Assembly: GCA_027459725.1 (NCBI GenBank)
Contig: DAIDHK010000004.1
Span: 7,050 to 71,049, forward strand
Length of the DNA: 64,000 nt
Direction of reading: 5' to 3'
Source of the DNA: Candidatus Levyibacteriota bacterium
GTDB lineage: Bacteria; Patescibacteriota; Microgenomatia; Levybacterales; UBA12049
Shown: piece by piece, positions 1 through 10,605 of the stretch
Position numbering within the stretch: the stretch's first letter is position 1
Layout of the letters: each line of letters opens with the position of its first letter
Notes under the pieces: model-generated
What the model was told of the DNA's origin: nothing
The model's input: the letters and a program-made list of their open reading frames with translations, nothing else
The model's database searches: none
Made by a program: the position numbers and the translations under genes

Positions 1-151
1 TTCCTGAGTCTCCGAAAAATACGTCTGTTACGCTTATACTATTTGGCCGTACTGTTTTTTTATTGTTAATCTTTTGAGAATTTAAGTCGCTTAAAGAAGA
101 AGAGGATTTTTTGACGTCTTTAAATATTTGCAAAACATGTTTTGCCTGCAT
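1..151 (-). CDS. 5' part of a probable adenylosuccinate synthetase-like protein (runs off window)
   Basis: Own translation MQAKHVLQ...SISVTDVFFGDSG. The end resembles the PurA P-loop GxQxGDEGKG. Only 50 codons are visible. Confidence 0.45.
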   Translation of the reverse strand, partial: MQAKHVLQIFKDVKKSSSSLSDLNSQKINNKKTVRPNSISVTDVFFGDSG

Positions 152-262
152 AATATTGTTAATTACATTGTATCATCATTTATGATAATTGTATACCTTT
201 TACTTAGGTTCTTATAAATTTGCGCTTGTTTTATAAACCAAGTATAATTTTATGAACAAGAC

Positions 263-664
263 ATGAGATATTTATTGAGAAATACGGTCATATACTCATT
301 AACTTTATTTCTCTTACCTGAGGCATTTCCAGGTATAAAAGTGGAAGGTGGATTTCCCTTACTTGTTTTGGCAGGTTTTGTTCTCACTATACTTTATCTT
401 ATTGTTAAACCGATTTTGAATATAATTAGTTTTCCTATAAATCTTATTACCCTAGGATTGTTTTCTTTTTTTACCAACGTAATCATTCTATATTTATTGA
501 CAGTCTTTGTGCCAAATGTTATAGTCAGCGGATTCACATTTAGCGGGTGGTCATTTGCGGGTTTTTCTCTTCCAAAGACTAACTTGGGAATTTTTGAAGC
601 TTATGTTGTAATTGGGTTATCACTAGCTTTTTTTTCTGACATATTTAGGTGGATGGTAAAATAA
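263..664 (+). CDS. 4-TM phage holin family (YvlD-like) membrane protein
   Basis: Hydrophobic 133 aa with the family-typical VKPILNIISFPINLITLGLF segment. Confidence 0.8.
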   Translation: MRYLLRNTVIYSLTLFLLPEAFPGIKVEGGFPLLVLAGFVLTILYLIVKPILNIISFPINLITLGLFSFFTNVIILYLLTVFVPNVIVSGFTFSGWSFAGFSLPKTNLGIFEAYVVIGLSLAFFSDIFRWMVK

Positions 665-669
665 GGATT

Positions 670-1617
670 ATGGAAAATAAAAATGTTGTTTGTATAGGCG
701 GCGGAATAGGCACATCTAATTTAATTAAAGGTATCAAAGAATACACACATAATATTACTGCAATTATTTCAGTGGCCGATAACGGTGGTTCCGCAGGCAG
801 ATTAAGAAGACTTTACAAAATGCATCCTCCAGGTGACATAATCTCATGTTTAGCAGCGTTATGTGATGATGAAAAGATTTCCAAATTACTAACTTATAGA
901 ATGCCTGGTGATAGATATGGAAAAGATGAAGTATTACCTGGACATAAAGTAGGGAATATCATGTTGGCAGCAACAAACCAGCTGACTGGAGATTTTGATA
1001 AAGGTATTGAATATTTAAAAACAATTTTTTCAATAAAAGGAAATGTATATTCTGCAACAAAAGATATTGTTGACTTAGTGGCTACTACAATAGATGGATT
1101 AACTATTGAGGGTGAGGAAACCATTGATTTGGGTGAATATACAGGTCAGCGAATTTTGACTGAAATTAAAATCAAACCTGGAAATCCTGCTGTCAATATA
1201 AATGTAATTCAGGCTATAATAGACGCAGATATAATTATCGCCGGTCCTGGAGATTTGTATACTGCAGTTTTACCTGTTTTAGTAGTGCCACAAATCAAAA
1301 ATGCATTGATGGAATCAAATGCAGAAAAAATATTCGTGGTTAATATTGCAAATAAACCGTTTGAAACAAAGGGATATAAACTGGAAGATTTTATATTAGC
1401 AGTAAAAAAACACTTAGGAAGTTTTCCATTTAGAAAGGTTATATGTAATAACAATTATTCTATTACAATTCCTCACAATTTACATTACTCATTTGTTAAA
1501 TTTGAAAATAATTTAGATAAGGACATTCGTTTCATAGTGGGAGATTTAGTAGATTCGGCTTTTCCTATTTATCATGACAAGCATAAGCTTGCAAAGCTGA
1601 TCGAAGAGAATATATAA
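670..1617 (+). CDS. yvcK: YvcK/GlmR (CofD-like) family protein
   Basis: GGGIG, ADNGGSAGRLR, PPGD and GPGDLYT motifs. Start moved to ATG 670 (ORF track gives 649). Confidence 0.9.
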   Translation: MENKNVVCIGGGIGTSNLIKGIKEYTHNITAIISVADNGGSAGRLRRLYKMHPPGDIISCLAALCDDEKISKLLTYRMPGDRYGKDEVLPGHKVGNIMLAATNQLTGDFDKGIEYLKTIFSIKGNVYSATKDIVDLVATTIDGLTIEGEETIDLGEYTGQRILTEIKIKPGNPAVNINVIQAIIDADIIIAGPGDLYTAVLPVLVVPQIKNALMESNAEKIFVVNIANKPFETKGYKLEDFILAVKKHLGSFPFRKVICNNNYSITIPHNLHYSFVKFENNLDKDIRFIVGDLVDSAFPIYHDKHKLAKLIEENI

Positions 1618-1635
1618 TATCTAAAGAAATAAATT

Positions 1636-1845
1636 ATGATTCTCCAAATTTTACAAATTATAGTAGCTATACTGTTGATTGTGTCCATATTACTTCAGGC
1701 ACAAGGATCCGGAATTGGGACAGCTTTTGGTGGCGGTGGTGAGGTGTTTCGTAGCCGTCAAAGAATGGAAAAAGTGCTCGTAGCAGGAACTATTCTTTTT
1801 GCTACTGCTCTGGCCATTATCTCTATAATTCTCCTCAGGCAATAA
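1636..1845 (+). CDS. secG: Preprotein translocase subunit SecG
   Basis: Two TM helices flanking ILLQAQGSGIGTAFGGG. Confidence 0.9.
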   Translation: MILQILQIIVAILLIVSILLQAQGSGIGTAFGGGGEVFRSRQRMEKVLVAGTILFATALAIISIILLRQ

Positions 1846-1852
1846 TTTATAA

Positions 1853-3205
1853 ATGCCTATGATTATTTTTAAACGTAGACTACTATTTTGGCTTATCAGA
1901 GCTTATCTCAAAAAATGGGGTAAGGTTATTGTTTTTTCTTTTCTAGCCGGTTTGGTTATCTTTTTTATTCTTTTCTATACCTCAAGTATCTTGATTCGGT
2001 TGATTCCTACACAAAAAAATGAAACTATTGGTATTGTTGGGTTTTATACAACAGATAGTCTACCCTCGTTCATTACAAATAAAATTGCAGATGGTTTAAC
2101 TACGGTTGACAGTAAAGGTAATATTAAACCTGATCTTGCTAAATCATGGGTGATCTCAGACAAGGGACATACGTATACATTCAAACTTGACTCAAACAGA
2201 ACATTTTCTGATGGTCACCACCTGACTTCTACTGATGTTAACTATAACTTCTCAGGTGTATCTGTGGAGAGGCCAAATAGCTATACTATATCTTTTCATT
2301 TGAAAGAAATATATTCTCCTTTCTTAGTAACTGTTTCACGTCCTATTTTTAGAAATTCTTATGTTGGTACAGGTAAATTCAGAATATCCAACGTCCAGCT
2401 AAATGGTAACTTTCTTGAAACAATAACGTTGGTTGATAATAGTAATCGTTTTAATACAGAAAAATATATTTTTTATTCTAATCCTGATGTCCTAAAAACT
2501 GCATTTCTATTAGGAGAGATTAATAAAATGACCATGCTTCCAGACACACAATACGAAAATTACAATTTTGCGAATTTCCCTAATGATACGGTCACCAGAA
2601 ATATACAATATTACAAATTGGTAACTCTTTTTTACAATACCCAAGACAGTGTTCTATCCGATAATCAGTTTAGAGATGCCTTGGGATACGCAATCCAGGA
2701 TAATTTTTCACAAGGAAAAAGAGCATACCTTCCTTATCCTCCCGGGGTCTGGTACTACAACACTACACTTATACCAAAGACACAGGATATAACGCATGCC
2801 AAACTTTTAATTGAAGCAAGCGGTCAGAAAGTTTCTACTTTAGATATAAAAACATTAAGCCAGTATTACACTACTGCGCAAGAAGTTGCCGCAGATTTTG
2901 CAAAGCTGGGAATTAAAACTAAAATTGAACAAGTTGATTCTATTCCAAGTAAGTTTCAAATTTATCTGGGAGAAATCTCTTTGCCGAAAGATCCAGACCA
3001 GTATACTCTGTGGCATGAAAAACAACCTGACAATATCAGTTTGCTGATTGATAAAAGAATAGATGAATATCTGGAGCAAGGTAGACAAACTATTGATCAA
3101 AGTAAACGTCAGACTATTTATAATAATTTCCAAAAATATTTAAGTGATCGGGAGCCCGCAACCTTTCTTTATTTCCCCTACTCCTATACTGTTACAAGAA
3201 AATAG
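1853..3205 (+). CDS. ABC transporter substrate-binding protein, family 5 (OppA-like)
   Basis: N-terminal TM, GLT..D..G.I.PDLA.SW, YTF.L, FSDG..LTSTDV and VGTGKF motifs. Confidence 0.8.
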   Translation: MPMIIFKRRLLFWLIRAYLKKWGKVIVFSFLAGLVIFFILFYTSSILIRLIPTQKNETIGIVGFYTTDSLPSFITNKIADGLTTVDSKGNIKPDLAKSWVISDKGHTYTFKLDSNRTFSDGHHLTSTDVNYNFSGVSVERPNSYTISFHLKEIYSPFLVTVSRPIFRNSYVGTGKFRISNVQLNGNFLETITLVDNSNRFNTEKYIFYSNPDVLKTAFLLGEINKMTMLPDTQYENYNFANFPNDTVTRNIQYYKLVTLFYNTQDSVLSDNQFRDALGYAIQDNFSQGKRAYLPYPPGVWYYNTTLIPKTQDITHAKLLIEASGQKVSTLDIKTLSQYYTTAQEVAADFAKLGIKTKIEQVDSIPSKFQIYLGEISLPKDPDQYTLWHEKQPDNISLLIDKRIDEYLEQGRQTIDQSKRQTIYNNFQKYLSDREPATFLYFPYSYTVTRK

Positions 3206-3212
3206 TATTTGT

Positions 3213-4553
3213 TTAAATAAATTTTTTGGATCTTAGAGTTCTATGGTATGTAATGGCAAAACGGTGAGCTTCATCTCTAATCCTTTGTAGTAATTGTAAG
3301 GCTCCCACTGAATGGGGAATTACCACTTCCCGAAACCTATTTTTAGGATCAATCTTACGATTATGACTATGTTCATCTATAACCAGTGGATGTTCTAATG
3401 GAATTACAATGGTTTCAATACGCTTAGCCAAACCTATTAATGGGATGCTAATGTCGTTTTCTTTAAAAACATCAAGAGCTGCCGATACTTGCCCCTTTCC
3501 TCCATCGACAATCAACAAATCAGGATATTCCCATTCCAAATGCTTGAATCTTCTTGTTAATACTTCTCTCATTGAAGCAAAATCATCTGGTGTTTTATCG
3601 AGTTTGACTTTAAATCTTCTGTATAATGATGATTCTTTTTCACCGTTGATGAAAACAACCAAAGAAGCTGTAGTGTTTGTCCCCTGAATATGAGAGATAT
3701 CATAACATTCAATCTTATTTAATCTATTTTGAATAGAATATCCGTTATGGTTAAGTATTTTTCTTAAATCTTCAAGTTCTTTAGAACGTAGATCGCTACG
3801 TAAATTAGGATTAAATTCGTATTCGAAAGGACTGTGTACTGGTTGGGCTATATAATTTAAGGCTTGAACTTTTTTTTGTAAAATATTGGCTGTTTCGAAA
3901 TCTTCACTTTTGCTAACTTTATCTCTTTCCTTTTCTAATTCTTTTTGTACTTTTCGAGATCCTCCTTCTAAAATATTTATTATTCTATATATAGATTTGC
4001 GATAATCTTTTTTTAATTTTGGTGAGTCAAATACCACAGGACACGGACAAAGTCCCAGATGATGATACAAGCAAACACGTTTAGAATGATTTTCTACTGA
4101 AACAAAAGGAAATATTCTACGAATTGTTTTTAGCACTAATTTCACTGATGAAGAGCTAGGATACGGGCCAAAATAAACTGAATTTTTATCATCAGGTCGA
4201 CGGGCAAATAAAATAGCAGGATAGTCTTTTTTTAAAGTTATTCTTATCAAAGGATACTGTTTTCCATCGGTCATTTTGACGTTGTAACGTGGTTCATATT
4301 TTTTAATATAATGAGCCTCTAGAAGCAGAGACTCTAGCTCTGATTCTACTTCAACTATTTTGATTTTAGCGATTTGGGAAACAAGAATTTGTGTTTTTTC
4401 TCCTAAGTTATTAGGGTTGGTGAAATAGGAAGAAACGCGGGATTTAAGATTCTTCGATTTGCCCACATAAATAACTCTACCTTTTTCATCTAGATACAGG
4501 TAGACGCCTGGCTTCTCGGGTAATGATAAATATGACGATGGTAAGTAATACAA
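3213..4553 (-). CDS. uvrC: Excinuclease ABC subunit C (short form, no C-terminal HhH)
   Basis: GIY-YIG (GVYLY..YVGKS..L..RV.SYF), IECYDISH, DGGKGQ and RIRDEAHRFA motifs. Confidence 0.9.
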   Translation of the reverse strand: MYYLPSSYLSLPEKPGVYLYLDEKGRVIYVGKSKNLKSRVSSYFTNPNNLGEKTQILVSQIAKIKIVEVESELESLLLEAHYIKKYEPRYNVKMTDGKQYPLIRITLKKDYPAILFARRPDDKNSVYFGPYPSSSSVKLVLKTIRRIFPFVSVENHSKRVCLYHHLGLCPCPVVFDSPKLKKDYRKSIYRIINILEGGSRKVQKELEKERDKVSKSEDFETANILQKKVQALNYIAQPVHSPFEYEFNPNLRSDLRSKELEDLRKILNHNGYSIQNRLNKIECYDISHIQGTNTTASLVVFINGEKESSLYRRFKVKLDKTPDDFASMREVLTRRFKHLEWEYPDLLIVDGGKGQVSAALDVFKENDISIPLIGLAKRIETIVIPLEHPLVIDEHSHNRKIDPKNRFREVVIPHSVGALQLLQRIRDEAHRFAITYHRTLRSKKFI

Positions 4554-6309
4554 TGAAAAAACCTCCTATAATTAAATCTTTGGTGAGAACAAAAGGTGCA
4601 GTTACGACATAGGCAGTAATTGTGCGACCAGTAAGCTGTATTGTAAAAGGATAGGTGCGATTTGTCAAAAAAGGCACGCTGTTAAAATAAAAATTATCCT
4701 GTATTGTTCCATATGGAGGTATGGGTTGTAAATCGACTTCCTGGGATGATGGGGATAAAGTAGAAGAAGAAATAAGAACTTTATGTTCAGATGTCATAAT
4801 TTGTCCGCTGTTGGTAACTTGTATTTGTCCTTGCATGGGGAATCCAGCAAAATATTTATCATTAGTTACAGGTGAAAAAGAAAATTGTTCAAGAGGTAAG
4901 TGAACCGGAGGAGAAAAAGTTACGGAAACGTCCTTTGTATTTTTATCTCCTTGTGTTTTATATGTTCCGGCAGGAAGAGGATAAGTACTATCAGCTCCTT
5001 TAACTACAAATGCTACATGGTCAAAATCCAGCTGGTGAAAATAATCTATACCATGTGTGGTATTACCCCAGGTTGGATCCACCATAATCCATGTTTTTTT
5101 CTGATAATTGTAATATTCTGGCCATGCATGAAGAATGTCTTTTACATATGATAAGGGCCTAAGTTTGGTATTTTGCGTATAGGCATAACCGTCCACTTCT
5201 CTGGCTGGTATATTAGCAGCTCTGGCTAAAGCAATAAAAAGATCGGTAAATTCCAAACAGACGGCTGATTGGGGATTATTATAGACAGCTGCCGCTCCAA
5301 GTCGGGGTTCATTATTGTTGATGCGAGTAAAATCATAATGCAAATAGTTTACAACAAAGTTATAAATTGCTTCCGGAGTTTTTAATTCCTTGGCCTTAGT
5401 CTGAATCTGCGAATTATCTGCTTCCCAATAGGTTTGTGACTTTAAATCCTGAGCCCTTTGTTCTGCAGTTAGCACTTCAGGAGTTGGATGATCAGATACT
5501 ATTATATTCCCAGATGCTATTACATTAATTTGTTGGGAAGGTAGTAAATAATACTGAGCTATCCAGTTTCCATCAGAGTCCAATGAGACATTTTGCGGAG
5601 CGGGATTTAGTTTATCTAAAATGACAGTTTGATAATTTGTTGTGGGAGGTAGTGCAATTTCTGTTTTAATCGGGAAAACATTCGTATTTTTTAGATGATA
5701 CGTCAGGTTGTAACCATATGTCTGTTTATTACCAAAAGATATTGATATGCCTGAGTTTTTAAGGTCATTTTTTGTAAAATATAGATCATTATTTGTTATA
5801 TAGGGCTTTACAATACTAGGTAAGCCGAAAGTTACAGGTACATTAACTTTTATGGTTAAATCAGAAAGTTCTTGTTGGTCATACATGGCTGGGATATTCA
5901 TTTCCCAGATATTTCCTTCTTTTTGCATGATATCAGGCGTGTCAAATGAGAGATTAAAAACAAGTTTTTTCCCTACCCCAGCAACTTTGTTGTTAAATGG
6001 TAATATAACAGTTACTTCAGAATCTATTTCTTTTGTAGAGTATTTAATATTACCTAACTTGTCGGACGCTTGTATATTCGTCATATTAGAGAAATCAAAT
6101 TTCATGGAGATGGAAGTGGCGTATTTCTGAGTTATTTTGTTGGTAAGTGTACCTGTTAAATCAACGTGAGTAGTACCATCAGTTTGGGCGGTATAAATTA
6201 TGTTGTAACCAGTTAAAAAGTTAGAATCTGCGTATGATGGATTAATAAACAAAAAAGCGTAAGTAAGAATTGAAAAAACACAATAGAATAAATATTTAAA
6301 TATCTTCAT
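4486..6309 (-). CDS. Exported/membrane-anchored transglutaminase-like domain protein
   Basis: Signal peptide, triad motifs AVCLEFTDLF, LHAWPEYY and VDPTW, C-terminal TM. Confidence 0.85.
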   Translation of the reverse strand: MKIFKYLFYCVFSILTYAFLFINPSYADSNFLTGYNIIYTAQTDGTTHVDLTGTLTNKITQKYATSISMKFDFSNMTNIQASDKLGNIKYSTKEIDSEVTVILPFNNKVAGVGKKLVFNLSFDTPDIMQKEGNIWEMNIPAMYDQQELSDLTIKVNVPVTFGLPSIVKPYITNNDLYFTKNDLKNSGISISFGNKQTYGYNLTYHLKNTNVFPIKTEIALPPTTNYQTVILDKLNPAPQNVSLDSDGNWIAQYYLLPSQQINVIASGNIIVSDHPTPEVLTAEQRAQDLKSQTYWEADNSQIQTKAKELKTPEAIYNFVVNYLHYDFTRINNNEPRLGAAAVYNNPQSAVCLEFTDLFIALARAANIPAREVDGYAYTQNTKLRPLSYVKDILHAWPEYYNYQKKTWIMVDPTWGNTTHGIDYFHQLDFDHVAFVVKGADSTYPLPAGTYKTQGDKNTKDVSVTFSPPVHLPLEQFSFSPVTNDKYFAGFPMQGQIQVTNSGQIMTSEHKVLISSSTLSPSSQEVDLQPIPPYGTIQDNFYFNSVPFLTNRTYPFTIQLTGRTITAYVVTAPFVLTKDLIIGGFFIVLLTIVIFIITREARRLPVSR

Positions 6310-6389
6310 GCAGTTAATCCATTTTAAACGAGGGGGGTGAGGATGACAAGATGATGAAAAATTGAATTAATAGTTAATATTAGAGTAGT

Positions 6390-9290
6390 CTATTTATTAA
6401 TCACCCTTTTCAAAAATCTTCCCGTTTCCGATCTTGAATTATCAGCAATTTCTTTTGGAGTTCCTTCAGCAACAATTTCCCCACCTTTTTCTCCTCCTTC
6501 AGGTCCAAGATCGACTATGTAATCAGCATTCTTTATTACATCAAGATTATGTTCAATCACTATAATAGAGTTTCCCTGATCTGTTAATTTTCGTAGTATA
6601 AACAGTAATTTTTCCAGATCAGCAAAATGTAAGCCTGTGGTTGGCTCATCGAGGAGATAAAGAGCATCTCGCCCTCGTTTTGATAGCTCTGCTGCCAGTT
6701 TTACTCTTTGGGCTTCTCCTCCTGATAAAGTGGTAGCAGGCTGACCTAATCCAATATACGATAAACCTACATCATTGAGTGTTTGTAGTTTATGGGCAAG
6801 ACTTGGTACAAAGTTAAAGAATTTCAAAGCTTCTTCTACACTCATATCCAAGACATCAGCAATGTTTTTGCCATTGAAAAGAATTTCTAATGCTTCATTA
6901 TTATACTGTTTACCTTGACAAACATCACAAGTTACATAAACATCAGGCAAAAACTGCATTTCAATTTTAATTTGTCCTTCACCTTCACAAGCTTCACAAC
7001 GACCACCCTTCACATTAAATGAAAATCGTCCCGGGCCGTAACCTCTAACTTTGGCTTCTTTAGTAGAAGCGAATAGTTCTCGAATGTATGTAAAGGCACC
7101 TGTGTATGTTACCGGATTACTGCGGGGAGTTCTCCCAATCGGTGATTGATCTATAGAAAACACATTTTTTATATATTCATCTCCCTTTAAAGAATCAAAT
7201 TCGCCAGGTTTATGCCGGTGGTAGGGGTTTTCTTTTTGCATCAGACCATGATATAAAATGTCATTAATCAAAGTTGACTTTCCGCTTCCTGAAACACCTG
7301 TTACTACAACCAGTTTATTTAAGGGAATTTTTACTGTAACATTTTTTAAATTGTGCTCACGGGCACCGGTAATAGTTAAAAAGTGCTCTTCTTTAGTCAG
7401 TAAACTGTCTTTTTTCTCCGGAGGGAGTATTTTAATCTTTTTCTTGCCTGATAAATATTGTCCTGTTATAGAGTTTTTATCAGTAATAATCTGATCAGGA
7501 GTTCCCTGAGCAATAATGTAGCCTCCTTGTTGTCCTGCTCCAGGTCCAAAGTCATATATATAATCAGAAGCCAGCATTGTGTCTTCATCATGCTCTACGA
7601 CTAAAACAGTATTGCCAAGATTTTTCAATTTTTTAAGAGTTTCAATTAACTTGCTATTATCTCTCTGATGCAAGCCAATTGATGGCTCATCTAGAACATA
7701 CAACACTCCGGTTAAACCACTTCCAATTTGAGAAGCTAATCGAATTCTTTGTGCCTCTCCTCCTGCCAGGGTTGAAGCACTTCGAGAAAGAGTTAAGTAG
7801 TCCAAACCAACATCATATAAGAAATTTAATCTCTCTCTAATTTCTCGCAAAATCAGTTTGGCAATTTCTCCTTCTCTTTTCGAGAAAAAATTTGGGAGCT
7901 CATTTATGAAACCTCTTGCACTGTCTATGTCCATGTTAGTAATATCCACAATTGACTTGCCTTCAATGGTAACTGACAAAGCTTCTTTTTTTAACCTCCC
8001 TCCATGACAGACTGGACAAGTGTCAAAGCGCATGAATTTTTCAATCTGACCTTTGACAAATTGAGAGTCAGACTCATTAAATCTTCTTTTTAACTCGTAA
8101 TTAATTCCACGGAAAGGTTCTGAAATAATTGTTTCATGACCCAGTCTATTCTCTCCCTCAACTAAATATTCACGGTCGCCGGTACCATTTAGTAACAAAT
8201 CTTTTTTTTCCGTGTCTAGATCTTTAATTATTTTATTTAAAGGAATGTTATTCTCCTGACAAAAAGTTTTAAAAGTTCTCGAAAACCAAGTATCGCTGGT
8301 ACCAAGATTAAAAAAAGGAGTTATTCCACCTTCACTTATAGTTAAATTGTTATTGAAGACCAAGTCTTTATCTACAATTAGTACTCTTCCTAACCCCGAA
8401 CAATTCGGACATGCTCCATGAGGCGTATTAAACGAGAAGATTCTGGGTTCAATTTCAGGCAAGGAAATGTTACAAACAGGACAAGAAAATTTTTCTGAAT
8501 ACAAATGATCTTCCATGTCTTTGGGATACTCAGGTAAGTCAAAAGTTTTATCATTAATAACTGTAACTTTCATTTCTCCATTACCATATTGAAGTGCCTG
8601 TTCGACATCAGTAGCCAATCGGTTACGGTCTGTCTCTTTTGCAATAATCAGTGCATCTATTATCAGATCAATTGAATGCTTATTGGTTTTTATCAAGACA
8701 ATGGTATCATCCAGCGAATAAACTTTATTATCGATACGAACTTTCCTGTAGCCTCGTTTCTTAAGACTAACAAATAAATCTGAATATTCACCTCTTCTAT
8801 CCTTTACAATAGGAGCGAGAAGTAAGACACGCACGAGCTTATTGCCATATATTTGATTTTCGTGCATCTTAAAAATGCTGTCAGTAATTTGCTCTTTTGA
8901 CTGCTGGGCAATTTCCCTTCCACAATTTGGACAATGAGGATGTCCAACGCGGGCAAATAGCAAACGCATATAATCATATATTTCTGTAACCGTTCCTACT
9001 GTCGAACGAGGATTATGACTGGCTGATTTTTGGTCAATAGAAATAGCGGGAGATAAACCTTCAATCAAATCAACGTCTGGTTTTTTCATTGTTCCTAAAA
9101 ACTGTCTGGCGTATGACGATAAACTTTCTACATACCTTCTTTGTCCTTCTGCGTAAACGGTATCAAATGCTAAGGAAGATTTTCCACTACCGGAGAGTCC
9201 AGTCAATACAACCAGTTTATTTTTAGGAATTTCCAAATCAATATTCTTGAGATTGTGCTCTCTAGCACCTTTAATTGTAATCTTGTCCAT
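6390..9290 (-). CDS. uvrA: Excinuclease ABC subunit A
   Basis: GAREHNLKN, two Walker A motifs ([18 protein letters not shown]), zinc fingers, LSGGEAQR. Confidence 0.98.
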   Translation of the reverse strand: MDKITIKGAREHNLKNIDLEIPKNKLVVLTGLSGSGKSSLAFDTVYAEGQRRYVESLSSYARQFLGTMKKPDVDLIEGLSPAISIDQKSASHNPRSTVGTVTEIYDYMRLLFARVGHPHCPNCGREIAQQSKEQITDSIFKMHENQIYGNKLVRVLLLAPIVKDRRGEYSDLFVSLKKRGYRKVRIDNKVYSLDDTIVLIKTNKHSIDLIIDALIIAKETDRNRLATDVEQALQYGNGEMKVTVINDKTFDLPEYPKDMEDHLYSEKFSCPVCNISLPEIEPRIFSFNTPHGACPNCSGLGRVLIVDKDLVFNNNLTISEGGITPFFNLGTSDTWFSRTFKTFCQENNIPLNKIIKDLDTEKKDLLLNGTGDREYLVEGENRLGHETIISEPFRGINYELKRRFNESDSQFVKGQIEKFMRFDTCPVCHGGRLKKEALSVTIEGKSIVDITNMDIDSARGFINELPNFFSKREGEIAKLILREIRERLNFLYDVGLDYLTLSRSASTLAGGEAQRIRLASQIGSGLTGVLYVLDEPSIGLHQRDNSKLIETLKKLKNLGNTVLVVEHDEDTMLASDYIYDFGPGAGQQGGYIIAQGTPDQIITDKNSITGQYLSGKKKIKILPPEKKDSLLTKEEHFLTITGAREHNLKNVTVKIPLNKLVVVTGVSGSGKSTLINDILYHGLMQKENPYHRHKPGEFDSLKGDEYIKNVFSIDQSPIGRTPRSNPVTYTGAFTYIRELFASTKEAKVRGYGPGRFSFNVKGGRCEACEGEGQIKIEMQFLPDVYVTCDVCQGKQYNNEALEILFNGKNIADVLDMSVEEALKFFNFVPSLAHKLQTLNDVGLSYIGLGQPATTLSGGEAQRVKLAAELSKRGRDALYLLDEPTTGLHFADLEKLLFILRKLTDQGNSIIVIEHNLDVIKNADYIVDLGPEGGEKGGEIVAEGTPKEIADNSRSETGRFLKRVINK

Positions 9291-9366
9291 GATAAACGAA
9301 TGTTTAGTTGATGAACCATTATAAAGGAAATCTTAAGGACTGGCAATATATCAAACTGAGTGCCAT

Positions 9367-10530
9367 TTAGGTAGAGTTTGTTGTGGGTAAACCATGTGCT
9401 TTTAATACATTCACTGGAACAACAAATAACGAATTACTCTTTTTATCCAAAGGAGCTGTGAATGGTGAATGAGTCAGTGCGGCAGCAACAACTTTTTTAT
9501 CTCTCAGACCACCAACTATTGTCCAGCTTATTTCTCTACCTCTCTCATCAATCCCAACAATAATTTGTTTGATAAATAATGTATGAATCAAATCACTTCC
9601 ATGTGCACCGGTCTGCGATAGTGGAGGCATATCATCTGTTGTAGCGATAGCAAAAGGAGGTACAATAAGCTGGTGCCTTTTATTGTATTCTCTTATAGTC
9701 GTTATATATGGTCTTTGCATATCGTATGTATACATTCCCTCATGACCAAGTAGACCTATATATCCATTTTGTAAAAACACAATCTGATTGCTTCCAGGCC
9801 AGGATAATTTTTCCGTGCTCGGTCTACCGTCGTCTACATCATTACGACTATTAGTACTAATTGAGGAAATATAGCCTTGTAAATGTTTTGGATCTTGATC
9901 ATTTACACTACCCATTCTAAATCCAGAGGTTATACCGTTCTCTACATTACCTGTTCTGTATCTGGCAACAATGTATGTTTTTCCTTCTAGAAAACCAAAT
10001 ATAAGATCTTTTTGACCTTCTTCCCCCTTAGCAATCTGTTTAGTATCCCATCGTTTACCTCTCAAACTCACTTTATTTACTCCTGGTCTCCAACTCTCTA
10101 CTAAACCAGACCCATCCGAGCGATTAGTAGTATCAGTATGTGACAAGTATAGATCAGGACCCAGCAATGAAGGTGCTGGGGTAGGATCTTCTCCAGGAAT
10201 AGATAGTCCGTCTTGTACCCATCTCATTTTGTCACCCACTATAACTGGATCTGCTGAAATTACTTGTCCATGTTGAGTACCTGGGATGTCTCCTCTTCCA
10301 ATAAAGATCATTTTATTCTTAAAGAAGACAAATACTCCGTTATATATATCTAAGGGTTTTTTCGGGTTTTTGGATTCAACATTAATTATCCTGGCTGAAT
10401 TAGGCTCTATCCAGCCCCTTCCTTTGGCCTTGAGTCCTTCATATCCATTAACCAAACTTTCCAAATAAGGTGAGGTTTTGCCTAGTGGTAAATCAACTAG
10501 ACGTATTGTACTGCTAGCTTCAACCATCAT
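9367..10530 (-). CDS. Divergent DUF1861/GT108-like beta-propeller (mannosyl transferase/phosphorylase-like)
   Basis: Ordered motifs DIYN, GR, EDP, KD and WPGSNQIVFLQNGYIGLLGH resemble DUF1861. Confidence 0.5.
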   Translation of the reverse strand: MMVEASSTIRLVDLPLGKTSPYLESLVNGYEGLKAKGRGWIEPNSARIINVESKNPKKPLDIYNGVFVFFKNKMIFIGRGDIPGTQHGQVISADPVIVGDKMRWVQDGLSIPGEDPTPAPSLLGPDLYLSHTDTTNRSDGSGLVESWRPGVNKVSLRGKRWDTKQIAKGEEGQKDLIFGFLEGKTYIVARYRTGNVENGITSGFRMGSVNDQDPKHLQGYISSISTNSRNDVDDGRPSTEKLSWPGSNQIVFLQNGYIGLLGHEGMYTYDMQRPYITTIREYNKRHQLIVPPFAIATTDDMPPLSQTGAHGSDLIHTLFIKQIIVGIDERGREISWTIVGGLRDKKVVAAALTHSPFTAPLDKKSNSLFVVPVNVLKAHGLPTTNST

Positions 10531-10605
10531 GTTACTAATACTTAATGTCTATTATAACCGTTTAAAAATTTGATGCAAATTGATGCATAATGTATACTCA
10601 CATCA

